Counted from the stretch's first letter, positions 18,469-31,593 are shown. The stretch: DNA of 64,000 nt from an uncultured Candidatus Saccharibacteria bacterium (GCA_964413015.1 CAYPQZ010000006.1:74415-138414); one strand, 5' to 3'. The notes: generated by a model from the sequence alone, not told the origin. Program-made: numbers and translations.

Positions 18469-19682
18469 TATTTTAACAATTCTACCGCTCTATCTAATTG
18501 GGGGTCGCGCATCTCATCAATGTCTTCTAAAGTCAGTTCCACTTCTTCATCTGGGACTATCCCCTCTTCGTTAATATCGGTTCCAGCCGGAGTCAGCCAT
18601 TTAGCCACTGTGATTTTAGCGCTAGAACCATTCCTTAATTTTTCAAGTTGCTGAACAGAGCCCTTACCAAAGCTGGTTTGCCCTACAATCTTTATCCCTT
18701 TAACATCCCTTAGGGCGCCGGCTAAAATTTCTGAAGCTGAAGCCGAACCTTCATTAATTAAAACAACTGTTGGCATATCTTCTAAGTAGCCATATCCCCG
18801 ACTGCGATGTTCGTTTTTATGGCTGTTGCCGTAATCTTCGGTGACCACCAGTTCTCCTTTATGAAGGAACCAACTGGATATGTCAACCGCTGCTTCCAAA
18901 TATCCTCCAGGGTTGTTACGAACATCTAAAATAATCCCTTTAGGGCTTTCTTGTAAGGCTTGCTGAATAGTTTCAGCAAATTGTTCAGTTGAGTTTTCAG
19001 TGAAATGATAGAATTGAATATAGGCAAGCCATTCATTATTTTTACCCAGCTCAATTTTTTCCATTTTAATAATGGGAATCTGGACAACGTCTCTGATAAT
19101 GGTAATTTCTTTAGCTTCAGCCCATTCGTCTCTGGCAACCAGCAGAGAGACTTCGGTTCCTCCCTCTCCTCTGATGAGCTCAACAGCCTGATCAAGTGTT
19201 AAATCAGCTGTCAAAGTGTCATTCACTTTTAATATTTTGTCTCCTGCTTTGATTCCGGCCTTCTTAGCCGGATTTCCTTCCAAGGGAGAAATGACTGTTA
19301 AAACTCCTTTGCGGATGCCGATTTCAGCGCCAATTCCTTCAAAACTTCCGCTCATGTCATCAAGAAAACGTTTGCTTGTATCCGGTTCCATGAAAATCGT
19401 ATAGGGATCGTCCAATGATTCAAATAATCCTTTAATTGCTCCATAAATCATTTCTTGATAATTAAGCGAAAGCCGATCGACATGTTTTTTCTCAAGAATG
19501 CGCCAGGCGTCCCAGAATAAACTGAAATCAGCTTCAGTCGGCTGTCCAACCTCTTTGTTGCTTAGTCTTTCAATTTTATCAATAGACGGCTGGTTAATCT
19601 GTCCAACAAAAAAACCAAAGCCGAAGACAATCAAAATAAGGATGGCCCAAGTTGGAATAAAAATATACTTTTTTATGTTCAT
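18468..19682 (-). CDS. ctpA: Carboxyl-terminal processing protease (S41A) with PDZ domain
   Basis: GIGAEI PDZ, LDVRNNPGG, SASASEI, GKGSVQ; start ATG 19682 overlaps the upstream stop. Confidence 0.93.
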   Translation of the reverse strand: MNIKKYIFIPTWAILILIVFGFGFFVGQINQPSIDKIERLSNKEVGQPTEADFSLFWDAWRILEKKHVDRLSLNYQEMIYGAIKGLFESLDDPYTIFMEPDTSKRFLDDMSGSFEGIGAEIGIRKGVLTVISPLEGNPAKKAGIKAGDKILKVNDTLTADLTLDQAVELIRGEGGTEVSLLVARDEWAEAKEITIIRDVVQIPIIKMEKIELGKNNEWLAYIQFYHFTENSTEQFAETIQQALQESPKGIILDVRNNPGGYLEAAVDISSWFLHKGELVVTEDYGNSHKNEHRSRGYGYLEDMPTVVLINEGSASASEILAGALRDVKGIKIVGQTSFGKGSVQQLEKLRNGSSAKITVAKWLTPAGTDINEEGIVPDEEVELTLEDIDEMRDPQLDRAVELLK

Positions 19683-20467
19683 GCTTTTCGCCATTTCCAA
19701 AAATACTTTATAGCGCTAATAATATGTATTCGGGTATATTTATTAAATAAAACATCTAAAGAACCTCCGAATTTCTTACTGATTCTGTAATAATAATGGA
19801 ACATTTTTGCTTTAGGCAGGCAAAAAATCTGATATCCTTTTTCCCAAAAGCGCCGGCACCAATCAGTATCTTCCAAGTACATAAAAAACCTTTCATCTAA
19901 CAGTCCGACTTTTTCCAGGGCTTGCCGGCGGATAAGCATAGACGATCCTTGCATCCAATCAACCGATTTTGGCTCCATTGAATCGCCGTTTTCCATTAAA
20001 AAATCGTTGAGTTTTCTTTTTCCCCAAGTTAATCTTTTTAAAAAAGTACGCCGGGCCAAGATTGCTCCAATGCTGGGAAAACGGAAACAAGAATGCTGGG
20101 GCTGATTGGCAAAAGTCATTAATTGCGGTCCGACAATTCCAGCCTGATTATTTTTCTCCATGAATTCAATTAACTGCTGGACAGAATTTTCAGTAATTAG
20201 GACATCGGCGTTAAGGATTAAAATATATTCTCCTTGCGAATTCTTAATCCCCGCATTAACAATTTTAGCATAGCCGACGTTTTTTGGGAAAGGAATAAGT
20301 TTGGCGCTGGGAAATTCTTCGTTAATCAGATTACTTATTAAGGGCTCTGACTGGCTATCAGCAATAATTACTTCATATTCAACAAGGCCAAGATTATCTC
20401 TAATTGATCTGAGGCAAAGCTTTAGCAGAATTGGGGTTCGGTGGTGAGTTATGATTATAGAAAGCAT
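19679..20467 (-). CDS. Glycosyltransferase family 2 (rhamnosyltransferase-like)
   Basis: N.GYAK..N.G, LNAD, DERFFMYLEDTDWC. Confidence 0.92.
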   Translation of the reverse strand: MLSIIITHHRTPILLKLCLRSIRDNLGLVEYEVIIADSQSEPLISNLINEEFPSAKLIPFPKNVGYAKIVNAGIKNSQGEYILILNADVLITENSVQQLIEFMEKNNQAGIVGPQLMTFANQPQHSCFRFPSIGAILARRTFLKRLTWGKRKLNDFLMENGDSMEPKSVDWMQGSSMLIRRQALEKVGLLDERFFMYLEDTDWCRRFWEKGYQIFCLPKAKMFHYYYRISKKFGGSLDVLFNKYTRIHIISAIKYFWKWRKA

Positions 20468-20470
20468 TAT

Positions 20471-21502
20471 TTACAAGTCAAATATATTTTTACACGCATC
20501 TTGGATTTTTTCAAAATTGTCTTCTATTGGCAATAAAACGTATTCTTTGTTAATAAAAGTGTAATAAAGTAGTCCTCCGGGGGAAATATCAAAAATTCTC
20601 GTTTGGATGTTATCAATATCTAATTTCAAAGTTAGGCTAACAAGATTTTTAATCTCTCCCAGAGAAGCATCTGTCCTGAAGTGCTTGCCTAAAATATCCA
20701 GAAAATTATATATCTTAACCGGATTAGTCAACATCCCTAAAGAAAGGGCTTTTTCCTTAAGAGCTATTAAAACTTGCTGTTGACGGGACATCCGGTCAAA
20801 ATCATCGGTTGAATATCGGGAACGGACGTAATATAATGCAGTTTGCCCGTCTAGATAATTTTCTCCCTGTGATAAATGGAAAACCCATCTTTCTTCTCCG
20901 TCAATTTCTTTGATAAACCAATTCTCACTCTCTTCCCATCCCTCTTTGGACCATTGGAAGTTTTCCTCAAAAGGTGTGTTCAGATAGATAGAAATTCCGC
21001 CTAAAACGTCAACGGTTTTCTTAAGCGCTTCAAAATCAACTGCTACCGCGTAATCAATGTATAAATCAGTTATATAGGAAATTGTTTTTTTGGCGCATTC
21101 CAATCCTCCTTGGGCATAGGCAAAGTTAATTTTCTTTTTTTCTTCTAAGCACCAAAGACGGGCATAAAGGTCGCGAGGCAACGAAATCAAGGCGACCCGG
21201 CTGTCGCTTTTTCTGACGCTGAATAGGATTATTGCGTCGGAAAGAAGCTTCCCTTCTCCTGGATCATCAGGGCCCCTGATGCCTAAAAGAAGGATATTCA
21301 AGCGGTTATTATCTTTTTCCGGGAGGTCGGGCAGGTCTTCAGCAAGAGGCAAATTTTGGTTCGGGATATCTCTTTGGCCAATAACTTTACTAATCGTAAA
21401 ACCGGTCTTGAGGAAGAAAAGCGAAAATAGCCCGATTAAAAAAAGAGCTGTAATAAATATCCATAATTTTCTTTTCTTTTTCGGTTGAAATTCCTCTTCC
21501 AT
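20471..21502 (-). CDS. LytR-CpsA-Psr (LCP) family glycopolymer transferase
   Basis: LSDAII, SLPRDL, KINFAY, YVRSR, DFDRMSRQQ; N-terminal TM. Confidence 0.93.
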   Translation of the reverse strand: MEEEFQPKKKRKLWIFITALFLIGLFSLFFLKTGFTISKVIGQRDIPNQNLPLAEDLPDLPEKDNNRLNILLLGIRGPDDPGEGKLLSDAIILFSVRKSDSRVALISLPRDLYARLWCLEEKKKINFAYAQGGLECAKKTISYITDLYIDYAVAVDFEALKKTVDVLGGISIYLNTPFEENFQWSKEGWEESENWFIKEIDGEERWVFHLSQGENYLDGQTALYYVRSRYSTDDFDRMSRQQQVLIALKEKALSLGMLTNPVKIYNFLDILGKHFRTDASLGEIKNLVSLTLKLDIDNIQTRIFDISPGGLLYYTFINKEYVLLPIEDNFEKIQDACKNIFDL

Positions 21503-21508
21503 ATTTTT

Positions 21509-21725
21509 ATTTAAGGATTGTCATTGAGGATTACGTCTCTTCGCCTTTGGCGAAGGGCGTGTCCGCCTGCCCGCCTCTGGAGGGAAAGGACGACTCCTTA
21601 AATTTTGACAAGGATAAACTGATAAGAACAGTCTTTAAAATGACGCCCTTGTGCTCAAGGGACATCATTTTAAGGACTGGCCTTATCATCATCTGTTCTT
21701 ATCGTATGACAATTCTTAAATTTTT
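21509..21725 (-). repeat. Family A element, near full length with inverted termini
   Basis: ATTTAAGGATTGTCAT...ATGACAATTCTTAAATTTTT ends; contains the reverse complement of the 60-bp hairpin and CCGCCTCTGGAGG. Confidence 0.92.
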
Positions 21726-22785
21726 AAAAGTCGACTGTTCTTTGCCCTTGCTTAAACCACCTTGACATTTCCTGAACACTTGCTTTCTTGTTAGCCATAA
21801 TTATTTTTCTCTTTTGCCAGGCCTTAGGCGTTTGTTTAAATAAATCTTTTATGGCTTTCCAAGTGAATCTCTCAAAAAGCAGAACGTAAAACCAAGAAGC
21901 TGTCTCTTTAATTAAAAACCAGGGCAAATGCTTTATTAAAATCCAAGCCTGCTCATTTTTAATCTGCATTAGACGTTGATTTTTAAATGCCAAATATTTG
22001 GCAAATTTGCCTATTTTTATCCTTTCTCGGATTATGGCTAAGTAATTTATAGAAGCGTTTTCTCCGGAACTTCTGTCATGCCAGGCAATTGATTTTGGCT
22101 GATAAATAATTTTCCATCCGTAAAGACGCATTCGCCAAGACAAATCAACATCTTCCTTGTACATAAAAAAATCTTCATCAAAATATTCTCCATTTATTTT
22201 AACATTCTCCAGAGCGGTTTTTCGGTAAAGCGGCGCTGCTCCGTCTGCCCCAAAGACTTTTGTTTTTTCTTCAAATTGACCTTCATCAATTTCTCCCTGC
22301 CCTCGGTTGATAATCCGCCTGTTTTTTAAAATGGCTAATCCGGCGCTATCAATAATATAAAAAATTTCCTGGTTTTTAACGTATCCCAAAGACGAATTAC
22401 CTAAGTTCCAACGAAGCAATTTTCCTTGAACCGCGCCTATCCGATTATCCTTTTCAAGAGCTTCTACCGCTTTTTTAACGAAATGCCTGTCTAAAAAAAC
22501 ATCTTGAGTGAGGCATAAAACATATTTCCCTCGACTAATTCTTATTCCCTGATTCTGGCCTCCGGCATATCCTAAATTCTTCTTGTTAAAAACTATTTTC
22601 AAGTCCGGTCGGTTTTCCTTGGCTAATTTCTCCAGATAGTTTTTTGATTCTCCAATAGAATTATTGTCAATAATAAGGATTTCTAAATCAGGGTATTCTT
22701 GGCTGAAAACCGAATTCAAACATTTATCAAGATATTTTTCTCCATTATGAGTCAGGAGATTTATTGAAACTAATGGGCGAAGCAT
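21724..22785 (-). CDS. Glycosyltransferase family 2
   Basis: IIDNNS, NLGYAGGQN, FDEDFFMYKEDVDLSWR. Confidence 0.92.
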   Translation of the reverse strand: MLRPLVSINLLTHNGEKYLDKCLNSVFSQEYPDLEILIIDNNSIGESKNYLEKLAKENRPDLKIVFNKKNLGYAGGQNQGIRISRGKYVLCLTQDVFLDRHFVKKAVEALEKDNRIGAVQGKLLRWNLGNSSLGYVKNQEIFYIIDSAGLAILKNRRIINRGQGEIDEGQFEEKTKVFGADGAAPLYRKTALENVKINGEYFDEDFFMYKEDVDLSWRMRLYGWKIIYQPKSIAWHDRSSGENASINYLAIIRERIKIGKFAKYLAFKNQRLMQIKNEQAWILIKHLPWFLIKETASWFYVLLFERFTWKAIKDLFKQTPKAWQKRKIIMANKKASVQEMSRWFKQGQRTVDF

Positions 22786-24334
22786 AGAGGAGGCCTATAA
22801 TAGCTACAAAAAATAAAAAAACCTTGTCATTAAAAAGCACTACATCAAATAAACTATAGCTAAAAATCCAGACTAAAGCAAGGACTAAAAACCCTGTCCA
22901 GCAGGATGACTTTTGTTTCCAGGCCTCTTTTAAAATCTGCCAGAAAATAACGGTTAGAACAATTAGCGCAAAAATGCCCATTTCAGCGGCAATATCTAGA
23001 TATAAGCTGTGGGCCGAGGAGCCTTTTTTAGCAAAAGATACATCTTCGTTAAGAACTAAAGAGTAGTTGCCGATGCCGACTCCCAATAAAGGTTTCATAA
23101 TTATTGAATCAGCTGTCCTCTGCCAAATTTCCAATCGGCTTTTAACCGATATTTCCAAAAAATCAATCATGCTTCGGGCTCTTTCAAAAAAGGACATATC
23201 AGCCATAGCATCTCTGCCCAGCTCAAGATACTGCGGCGCGAAAAGAATTGCCGAAGCGATTGGCATTAAAAGAAAGAAAATTACCAAAGAGCCAATAATC
23301 AGCTGGGTTTGGCGCCGGCGTTCTTGATTAAATCCGGCAGTAAAAAACGTTGTTCGGGAACGAATAGACGGAGACCAGTAAAAGAAAATGATGAATAAAT
23401 AGGCCGAGAGCGAAATTAAAGCGCTGGCCCAGGCTCCTCTTGAGCCAGAAAAGATTATTGCTGACAAACAGCTAATTAACAAAAGGTAGAAAATGATTGC
23501 TTTCTTCTTGTTCCCCCTAGGCCGCTTGAAAACAGCTGTTAGGATAAAGGGCAAACTTAAAATGCAGAAGAAAGCGAAGGAATGCGAATCAGGAAAAACA
23601 GAAAACATTCTTAAGGTGGGCAGTTGATATGAATAATAGGAAAACCAAGTGTTGGTGTATGATAAAAGATTGCTTAACTCTTGTCCGTAAAATACGTTAA
23701 TTACGTTTCTGTCCCAGAGGTACCAAAATTGGTGGAGGTTGATAAAAAATACCATAGCCAACTGCAAAAAACCGACTCCCAAGGTTATCCCTATAGCTGT
23801 CTTCAAAGCGCTAATAATTTTAGAAATAACTTTTTTGTTTCGGTAGGCCAGATTTCTAATAATAATGAACAAGAAAAGAATATTTACGATAAAGAGGATT
23901 TTCTTGATTCCAATGAATAAATTATCCGCGGCAATAAGAGATATAACTCCAATTAGAAAAAAAATTCCCGTTAAATATTCCATTTGGGAATGCCTGAATT
24001 TTTCTTTAATTTTCCATTTACCGAAACGGCCTTTAGTCAATTTGATTGATAAACCATGCTTAAAAAAAATGACCAAAAGAAGGACAGTTAACAAAATCCG
24101 CCAATTGGCCATTGAGTCAAAACTTTCCGTGATTGGTAAAGCGACAAATAAGGGAATTGAAGCAATAAAAACCCATAGGGAATCTTCCACCTTGCTGAAA
24201 ATAAAGTAAAAAACCATCAGGCCGGTTAAAAACAAACTGGCTTCCAAGGGCGCAACCTTAAAGACCATTAAAAAAATAACCGCTATCTCGGTTAGCAGAA
24301 TGATAAGATTTTTGCTATTTTCTTTTAGGCTCAT
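22745..24334 (-). CDS. O-antigen ligase/polymerase (Wzy_C) family membrane protein
   Basis: More than 10 TM segments, SGSRGAW, R..IW, P.LGVGIGNY, AHSLYL...E.G. Confidence 0.9.
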   Translation of the reverse strand: MSLKENSKNLIILLTEIAVIFLMVFKVAPLEASLFLTGLMVFYFIFSKVEDSLWVFIASIPLFVALPITESFDSMANWRILLTVLLLVIFFKHGLSIKLTKGRFGKWKIKEKFRHSQMEYLTGIFFLIGVISLIAADNLFIGIKKILFIVNILFLFIIIRNLAYRNKKVISKIISALKTAIGITLGVGFLQLAMVFFINLHQFWYLWDRNVINVFYGQELSNLLSYTNTWFSYYSYQLPTLRMFSVFPDSHSFAFFCILSLPFILTAVFKRPRGNKKKAIIFYLLLISCLSAIIFSGSRGAWASALISLSAYLFIIFFYWSPSIRSRTTFFTAGFNQERRRQTQLIIGSLVIFFLLMPIASAILFAPQYLELGRDAMADMSFFERARSMIDFLEISVKSRLEIWQRTADSIIMKPLLGVGIGNYSLVLNEDVSFAKKGSSAHSLYLDIAAEMGIFALIVLTVIFWQILKEAWKQKSSCWTGFLVLALVWIFSYSLFDVVLFNDKVFLFFVAIIGLLYASPISFNKSPDS

Positions 24335-24401
24335 TAATTTCTACTTACCCGTCTGAGGCGGGTTAAGCATTTATTAGCCGAATCAAAATTTAGATAAATG
24401 C

Positions 24402-25646
24402 TTAATACCCTTTTAATTTCTTTGACTTTTTATGCTGACGCATCCTTTCTAAGGCCTTGGCCTCAATCTGACGAATGCGTTCTCTTGTAACGCCAAATTC
24501 CTGTCCGACCTCTTCTAAAGTATGGGTTACTCCGTCTTTCAAGCCGAAACGCATTTCTAAAATCTTTTGTTCCCGGGGAGACAGATCAATCAAAATTTCT
24601 TTAAGGCGTTTTCTTAAAAGTTTTCTGGCCGCTATCTGGCTAGGAGAAATACTTTTTTTGTCTTCAACGAATTCTCCTAAAGTACTTTCTTCGTCTTTAT
24701 CGCTTATTGGAGATTCTAAAGAAACCGTGTCTTGGGAAATCTTAATAATTTGCCTTACTTTTTCAACACTTTCTTTCATTTCAACGGCAATTTCCTCAGG
24801 CAAAGGTTCCCGACCCAGATTCTGCGTAAGCAAACGCTTAAACTGGGTGTATTTACTAATAGTTTCTACCATATGAACCGGAATTCGGATAGTCCTGGCT
24901 TGATCAGCCAATGCCCGAGTAATTGCTTGCCTTATCCACCAAGTAGCGTAAGTAGAAAACTTGTATCCTCGATGATAATCAAATTTTTCTACTGCCTTAA
25001 AAAGACCGATATTCCCCTCTTGAATAAGGTCAAGCAAACTGAAGTTCCGGCTGCGGCCAATGTACCTTTTGGCAATGCTGACGACTAATCTTAAATTTGA
25101 TTGAGTCAGTTGCTGTCGGGCTTCCTCGTCGCCCTGCTCTATTTTCTTTGCTAATCTGACTTCGTCCTGAGCGTTTAATAAAGGGATTCGTCCAATTTCC
25201 CGTAAATACATTTGGACATTGTCAAATGATTCCATAGCAAGATTCAATTTCTTATCTTTTTTTCGGCTTCCGTCTTTAGTTAAAGCTTCGTCCAAAAATT
25301 CAGCAGACTCAACTATTTCAATATTGTTTTCTTTTAATTTTTCATAGGCTTCTTCCAATCCATTGATATCATCCTCTATCCGGGGAGCTATTTGGAGAAG
25401 TTCTACTTCAGTAATAAATCCCCTTTCTCTGCCCCGGCTGATTAATTCTTGAATCTTTTTTTTGTCTATTAATTTTCTTTTTCTTCTGGGCGCCTGCTTT
25501 TTTACGGGAGCTTCTTTCTTTCTAGAAACGGGTTTTTTTCGAGAGACCGGTTTTCTTGCTGAAACAGCTCTCTTTCTAGGAGCGGTTTTCCCCTTAGGCG
25601 CAGGTTTTTTTACCGCTTTCTTGGTTGTTATTTTTGATTTAGTCAT
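24402..25646 (-). CDS. rpoD: Primary sigma factor (sigma70)
   Basis: [48 protein letters not shown]; follows dnaG. Confidence 0.97.
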   Translation of the reverse strand: MTKSKITTKKAVKKPAPKGKTAPRKRAVSARKPVSRKKPVSRKKEAPVKKQAPRRKRKLIDKKKIQELISRGRERGFITEVELLQIAPRIEDDINGLEEAYEKLKENNIEIVESAEFLDEALTKDGSRKKDKKLNLAMESFDNVQMYLREIGRIPLLNAQDEVRLAKKIEQGDEEARQQLTQSNLRLVVSIAKRYIGRSRNFSLLDLIQEGNIGLFKAVEKFDYHRGYKFSTYATWWIRQAITRALADQARTIRIPVHMVETISKYTQFKRLLTQNLGREPLPEEIAVEMKESVEKVRQIIKISQDTVSLESPISDKDEESTLGEFVEDKKSISPSQIAARKLLRKRLKEILIDLSPREQKILEMRFGLKDGVTHTLEEVGQEFGVTRERIRQIEAKALERMRQHKKSKKLKGY

Positions 25647-27418
25647 ATTAAACTTATTTGTTTAGTCAATTTATTAAATTCTTTAGTCAGTTTTTTAAGA
25701 GCAGGATTATCCCTTTTCCCTTCGGCTTCTTGAATATCCATGTTCAATTTATTTAATTTTTCCTGGAAGTAGCGTTTTTTAAGTTCCTTGAAACAGAATG
25801 TAATTTCTTTTTTAGGATTAAACTCTTCAATTATTTCTTTCTGGGCTTCAGCGCCAAAAACAAGGGAATCTATTTTATCCGCTAAATCTAAAGGTAAATC
25901 TTTTTTAAAACTGTTTAGATTAATCTTTTTATTCCGGTTTTTTTTCAAGCAGTCGAATATTTTTTCTAAATTCGGATCAGCGAATAAAGAATAAGTTTGT
26001 TTTCGGCATTCTCTCAAAGCTTCCGGACAAGACAGAGCCAGTCCTAATGTATATTCTTCAAGATTTGTTTTTTGTTTCGGCGGTTCACGGTCATTTACTT
26101 GCGAGAAATCATTAAATGCAACCTTTATTTTATCAATATCTTCTATTAGAGCCGCTTCATTAACTCTCAATTTAGCGGCTATTTTTTGCAGCCAGTGAAA
26201 TTGTTCTACTTTGTTAGGGATTTTTTTAATAATTGGTAAAAGAGTTTGAGATATTATTTTCTTTCCTTCAACAGTTGAGGCGTCATTTTTAGAAAATGCG
26301 CTGGTTATATGAAATTCGATTAAATTTTGCGCTTTTTGAATAGCTTTAGGCCAGACAGAAGCATTTTTTTGGAAGCAGTCAGCTGGGTCCTGATTATCGG
26401 CTAAGCTGATAATTTTGAGATTAAAGCCGAATTGAAGGGCTAAACCGGCTCCTCGTTTGGTCGCTATTTCTCCGGCAGCATCCATATCAAAAGCCATAGC
26501 TAAATTGTCTGTATAACGTTTGATTGTTTTAAGCTGTTCTTCAGTTAAGGCGGTGCCTGAAGAAGCGATTAAATTTTTAAAACCGGTCTGGTGTCCCATA
26601 ATAACATCGGTTTGGCCTTCAACTAAAACACAGAGATTGTCTTGCCTGATATTCAACTTGGCCTTTTCCAGACCATACAAGACGCGGCTTTTATCATAAA
26701 TTAAGGTGTTCGGAATATTGACATACTTCCCCATTCGTTCGTCAGGATTCTCGGGATTTTCTCTTCCGGTGAATCCAATAATCATTCCATTAACATCTTT
26801 TATGGGGAAAATAATTCGGTCTCTAAATCTGTCATAGTATTTGTTTTGGCTAGTGTTTTTTTCACTCTTAACAGCTAAGCCGGTTTTAACAATTTCGCTT
26901 TCCGGATAACCCCGCTTGGTTAAGAAATCAATTAAGGAACTCCATTGATTAGGAGCGTAACCAATTTGCCATTCTTCAATTGTTTTTACTTTTAGTCCCC
27001 GCTTGGATAAATACTTCTTTATCCCCCGGCCAGCTTGGCTTTCTAATTGCCTGGCAAAAAAAAGAGCTGCTAAATGACAGATTTCATACAATTCGGCCCG
27101 TTCGGTTTTCAACTTGGCGGAAACAGCCGGGTCAAGTTTTTTTAATTCTACGCCGGCCCGTTGGGCCAAAATACGTAAAGCATCGCCAAATTCCACATTC
27201 TCAATCTCCATAATAAAGTCAAAAATACTGCCGCCTTTGCCACAGCCAAAACAGCGCCACAATTGCCTTTCCGGAGAGACCATAAAAGAGGGTGTCTTTT
27301 CCGAATGAAAAGGACATCTGGCCCGGTAATTCCGGCCGGCTTTTTGAAGCTTAAGGTAGCCCCCAATTAACTCAACAATATCTAATTTAGATTTTATCTC
27401 GTCTACCGGCGATGTCAT
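25643..27418 (-). CDS. dnaG: DNA primase
   Basis: [15 protein letters not shown] zinc finger, [16 protein letters not shown] and FDMD TOPRIM motifs. Confidence 0.97.
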   Translation of the reverse strand: MTSPVDEIKSKLDIVELIGGYLKLQKAGRNYRARCPFHSEKTPSFMVSPERQLWRCFGCGKGGSIFDFIMEIENVEFGDALRILAQRAGVELKKLDPAVSAKLKTERAELYEICHLAALFFARQLESQAGRGIKKYLSKRGLKVKTIEEWQIGYAPNQWSSLIDFLTKRGYPESEIVKTGLAVKSEKNTSQNKYYDRFRDRIIFPIKDVNGMIIGFTGRENPENPDERMGKYVNIPNTLIYDKSRVLYGLEKAKLNIRQDNLCVLVEGQTDVIMGHQTGFKNLIASSGTALTEEQLKTIKRYTDNLAMAFDMDAAGEIATKRGAGLALQFGFNLKIISLADNQDPADCFQKNASVWPKAIQKAQNLIEFHITSAFSKNDASTVEGKKIISQTLLPIIKKIPNKVEQFHWLQKIAAKLRVNEAALIEDIDKIKVAFNDFSQVNDREPPKQKTNLEEYTLGLALSCPEALRECRKQTYSLFADPNLEKIFDCLKKNRNKKINLNSFKKDLPLDLADKIDSLVFGAEAQKEIIEEFNPKKEITFCFKELKKRYFQEKLNKLNMDIQEAEGKRDNPALKKLTKEFNKLTKQISLI

Positions 27419-27536
27419 TCTTCTTTTTTATTAAACCTAACCCTATTTTTATTCTGCCCCTTTAATATTTTATCAACCATATCAATTGGCAGAGAGGACA
27501 CTTGCCGTACTGGCAAACGAACCCGCAATAATAATG

Positions 27537-27622
27537 CGGAGAGTGCGAGATTCGAACTCGCGTGGGCTTTTAAACCCGCTTGCTTTCCAAGCAAGTGCCA
27601 TAGGCCTCTAGGCGAACTCTCC
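27537..27622 (-). tRNA. tRNA-Ser(GGA)
   Basis: GGAGAGT/ACTCTCC acceptor, CTTGC-TTGGAAA-GCAAG anticodon arm, long variable arm, GTTCGAATC. Confidence 0.95.
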
Positions 27623-27658
27623 ATTATATTTTTTTATTGCTTGAAAATAACCCCATAG

Positions 27659-28552
27659 CTATACCTCCATTCCCCGGAGGGCCTTAACTCGTTCCTCAAC
27701 CGGCGGATGGGTGCTGAATAATTTAGAAACTTTTTTGCCTTTAAACGGACTGTTAATATACAGGTGCGCGGTGGCTTTGTTGGCGATTTTCAAAGGAGTT
27801 TGGTCGGCTGATATTTTTTCCAAAGCCCGGGCTAATCCTTCCGGATAGCGGGTCAACAAGGCGCCGCTGGCGTCAGCCAGAAATTCCCGCTTGCGGGAAA
27901 TGGATAATTGAATTAAAGAAGCGATGAAAGGAGACAAAATTGCCAGAGCAAAGCTGATTAAAATCATAATGCCGGCAAATTGCCCGCCTCCTCGATTATC
28001 GCTTTTGCTTCTCCCAAAAACGCTCCATCGCACAAACCAGTCAGAAAGCAGAACCACCATACCTACTAAAACTACTACCACGGTTTGCAAAAGAATATCT
28101 CGGTTTCCAATATGGCTTAATTCATGAGCTAGGACGCCTTCTAATTCCGAACGGTCCAGTTTTCCCAAAAGTCCGCGAGTTACCGCAATAACCGCGTGTT
28201 CCGGATTCCGGCCGGTGGCAAAAGCATTTGGCGCCATTTCGTCAATAATGTATATTTTGGGCAAAGGCAGGCCGGCAGTAATGCATAAATTTTCTACCAA
28301 ACGGTACAGCTCAGGATTATCTTTTTTTTCAACCTTCTTGGCCTTGCTCATTTTAAGAACAATTTTGTCTGAATACCAATAAGAAATAAAACTCATTAAA
28401 GAGCTGAAAGCCACGGCTATTATTAGAATAAGCGGACTTTCAAATTGATAAGAAAAAACCCAGCCCAGTCCGATAATGAAAATAAGAAAAATAGAAATTA
28501 ACAGCCACGTCTTACGGATATTTGAATCTTTGTGAGTGTATAAAGTAGGCAT
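27659..28552 (-). CDS. htpX: Zinc metalloprotease HtpX (M48)
   Basis: PNAFATGR, AHELSH, SRKREFLAD, STHPP; start reset to 28552 because the longer ORF begins inside a repeat. Confidence 0.96.
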   Translation of the reverse strand: MPTLYTHKDSNIRKTWLLISIFLIFIIGLGWVFSYQFESPLILIIAVAFSSLMSFISYWYSDKIVLKMSKAKKVEKKDNPELYRLVENLCITAGLPLPKIYIIDEMAPNAFATGRNPEHAVIAVTRGLLGKLDRSELEGVLAHELSHIGNRDILLQTVVVVLVGMVVLLSDWFVRWSVFGRSKSDNRGGGQFAGIMILISFALAILSPFIASLIQLSISRKREFLADASGALLTRYPEGLARALEKISADQTPLKIANKATAHLYINSPFKGKKVSKLFSTHPPVEERVKALRGMEV

Positions 28553-28571
28553 GCGAGTAAAGGAAGCCCTC

Positions 28572-28796
28572 AAAAATTTAAGGATTGTCATTGAGAGCAG
28601 TGAACTTCCGCCGAAGGCGGAAAGTTACGCTCGCCTGTCCGCCTCTGGAGGGAAAGGACGATTCTTAAATTTTGACAAGCTTCCATGATAAGAACAGTCT
28701 TTAAAATGACGCTCTTGTTCAAGGGACATCATTTTAAGAATTGTCCTTATCATCAGCGTATTCCAAGGGACATTATTTTGAGAACTATCCTTATCG
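28572..28796 (-). repeat. Family A element (long copy)
   Basis: AAAAATTTAAGGATTGTCATTGAG...CCGCCGAAGGCGG...GATAAGAACAGTCTTTAAAATGACGC...GGGACATCATTTTAAG. Confidence 0.9.
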
Positions 28797-28832
28797 TCAA
28801 GGCACATTCTCCTGTAACGAGACCGATTAGAT

Positions 28833-29390
28833 CTAAAACTCCACTTTGATCGGTTCTCGGGCCGCCTCTTCTTCAACCTCAAAGAAATCTTTTTTGTTAA
28901 AACCAAACATTCCAGCGATTAAATTGTTAGGAAAGGTTTCAGTCTTAATATTGAAATCTCTGACATTGCCGTTGTAAAACCGACGGGCCGCTTGAATTTT
29001 GTTTTCCGTATCGCTCAATTCTCTCTGCAATTCCAGAAAATTCTGGTTGGCCTTTAGATCAGGATAATTCTCTGCTACCGCGAAAAGAGACTTTAAGGCG
29101 CCGGACAACATATTTTCGGCTTTGCCATGTTCTTCTACTGTTTGAGCTCCCATAGCCGCAGTTCTGGCTTGAGTAACTTTTTCAAAAAGCTCTCGTTCGT
29201 GCTTAGCATAACCCTTAACTGTTTCAACTAAATTAGGAATCAAATTATAGCGCCTTTTGAGCTGGATATCTATATCTGACCAGGCTTCATCAGTCCGATT
29301 TCTTAATTTAATTAAGCTATTATAAACAGCAATTAGCCAAAAGATTAAAATAGCGGTTACGCCGATTAAAATCCATAAAAAACGCCCCAT
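28833..29390 (-). CDS. lemA: LemA family protein
   Basis: [36 protein letters not shown]; upstream of htpX. Confidence 0.96.
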   Translation of the reverse strand: MGRFLWILIGVTAILIFWLIAVYNSLIKLRNRTDEAWSDIDIQLKRRYNLIPNLVETVKGYAKHERELFEKVTQARTAAMGAQTVEEHGKAENMLSGALKSLFAVAENYPDLKANQNFLELQRELSDTENKIQAARRFYNGNVRDFNIKTETFPNNLIAGMFGFNKKDFFEVEEEAAREPIKVEF

Positions 29391-29518
29391 ATTTTTGTCC
29401 TGAAACAAATTTTTTAGTTTTTAAATTAAAAACCCAAATAAATTTATTTCAAGTATTATAAAGTTGATTTTCCTTTATTATATCATTCCCGAAACGATTT
29501 TGCAAATACGAAAACAAA

Positions 29519-29580
29519 AAAGGACAGTCCTTAAAATTGTACTCCTTGGAATAAGGATGTAATTTTAAAGACTGTCCTTT
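29519..29580. repeat. Family A hairpin directly after the groEL stop (possible terminator role)
   Basis: AAAGGACAGTCCTTAAAATTG...TAATTTTAAAGACTGTCCTTT. Confidence 0.9.
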
Positions 29581-29600
29581 AATTATTTAATTTATTCCAA

Positions 29601-31285
<1,685 letters not shown>

Positions 31286-31317
31286 GTATATTAGCAATTC
31301 ATTTGCATTTTGTAGCC

Positions 31318-31593
31318 TTATTCTAATATTGCCAAGATATCCTCTTCTCGGGCAATTAAATATTCTTTATTGTCTATTTTAATCTCATTGGGCCCGTATT
31401 TGGTAAAAAGCACTTTATCGCCTTTTTTAACGCCCATTGGTTTATTCGGCCGTCCAGGGCCGACTTCAATAACCCGTCCCTGTTCAGGCTTTTCTTTATC
31501 GGCCGTATCAGGCAGAATAATTCCTGATTCGGTCTTGTCTTCAATTGAAATTGGTTCAATAAGAACCCGGTCGGCTAATGGTTTTATATTCAT
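31318..31593 (-). CDS. groS: Co-chaperonin GroES
   Basis: [26 protein letters not shown]; start reset to 31593. Confidence 0.97.
   Translation of the reverse strand: MNIKPLADRVLIEPISIEDKTESGIILPDTADKEKPEQGRVIEVGPGRPNKPMGVKKGDKVLFTKYGPNEIKIDNKEYLIAREEDILAILE

Noticed and set aside
21547-21765. Mutually similar short ORFs at 21547, 28625 and 61457 as a small protein family
   Set aside because: They are translations of family A repeat DNA in different frames and orientations, without start signals.
27415-27624. 69-aa ORF on the - strand
   Set aside because: It is a translation of tRNA-Ser(GGA) and its trailer.
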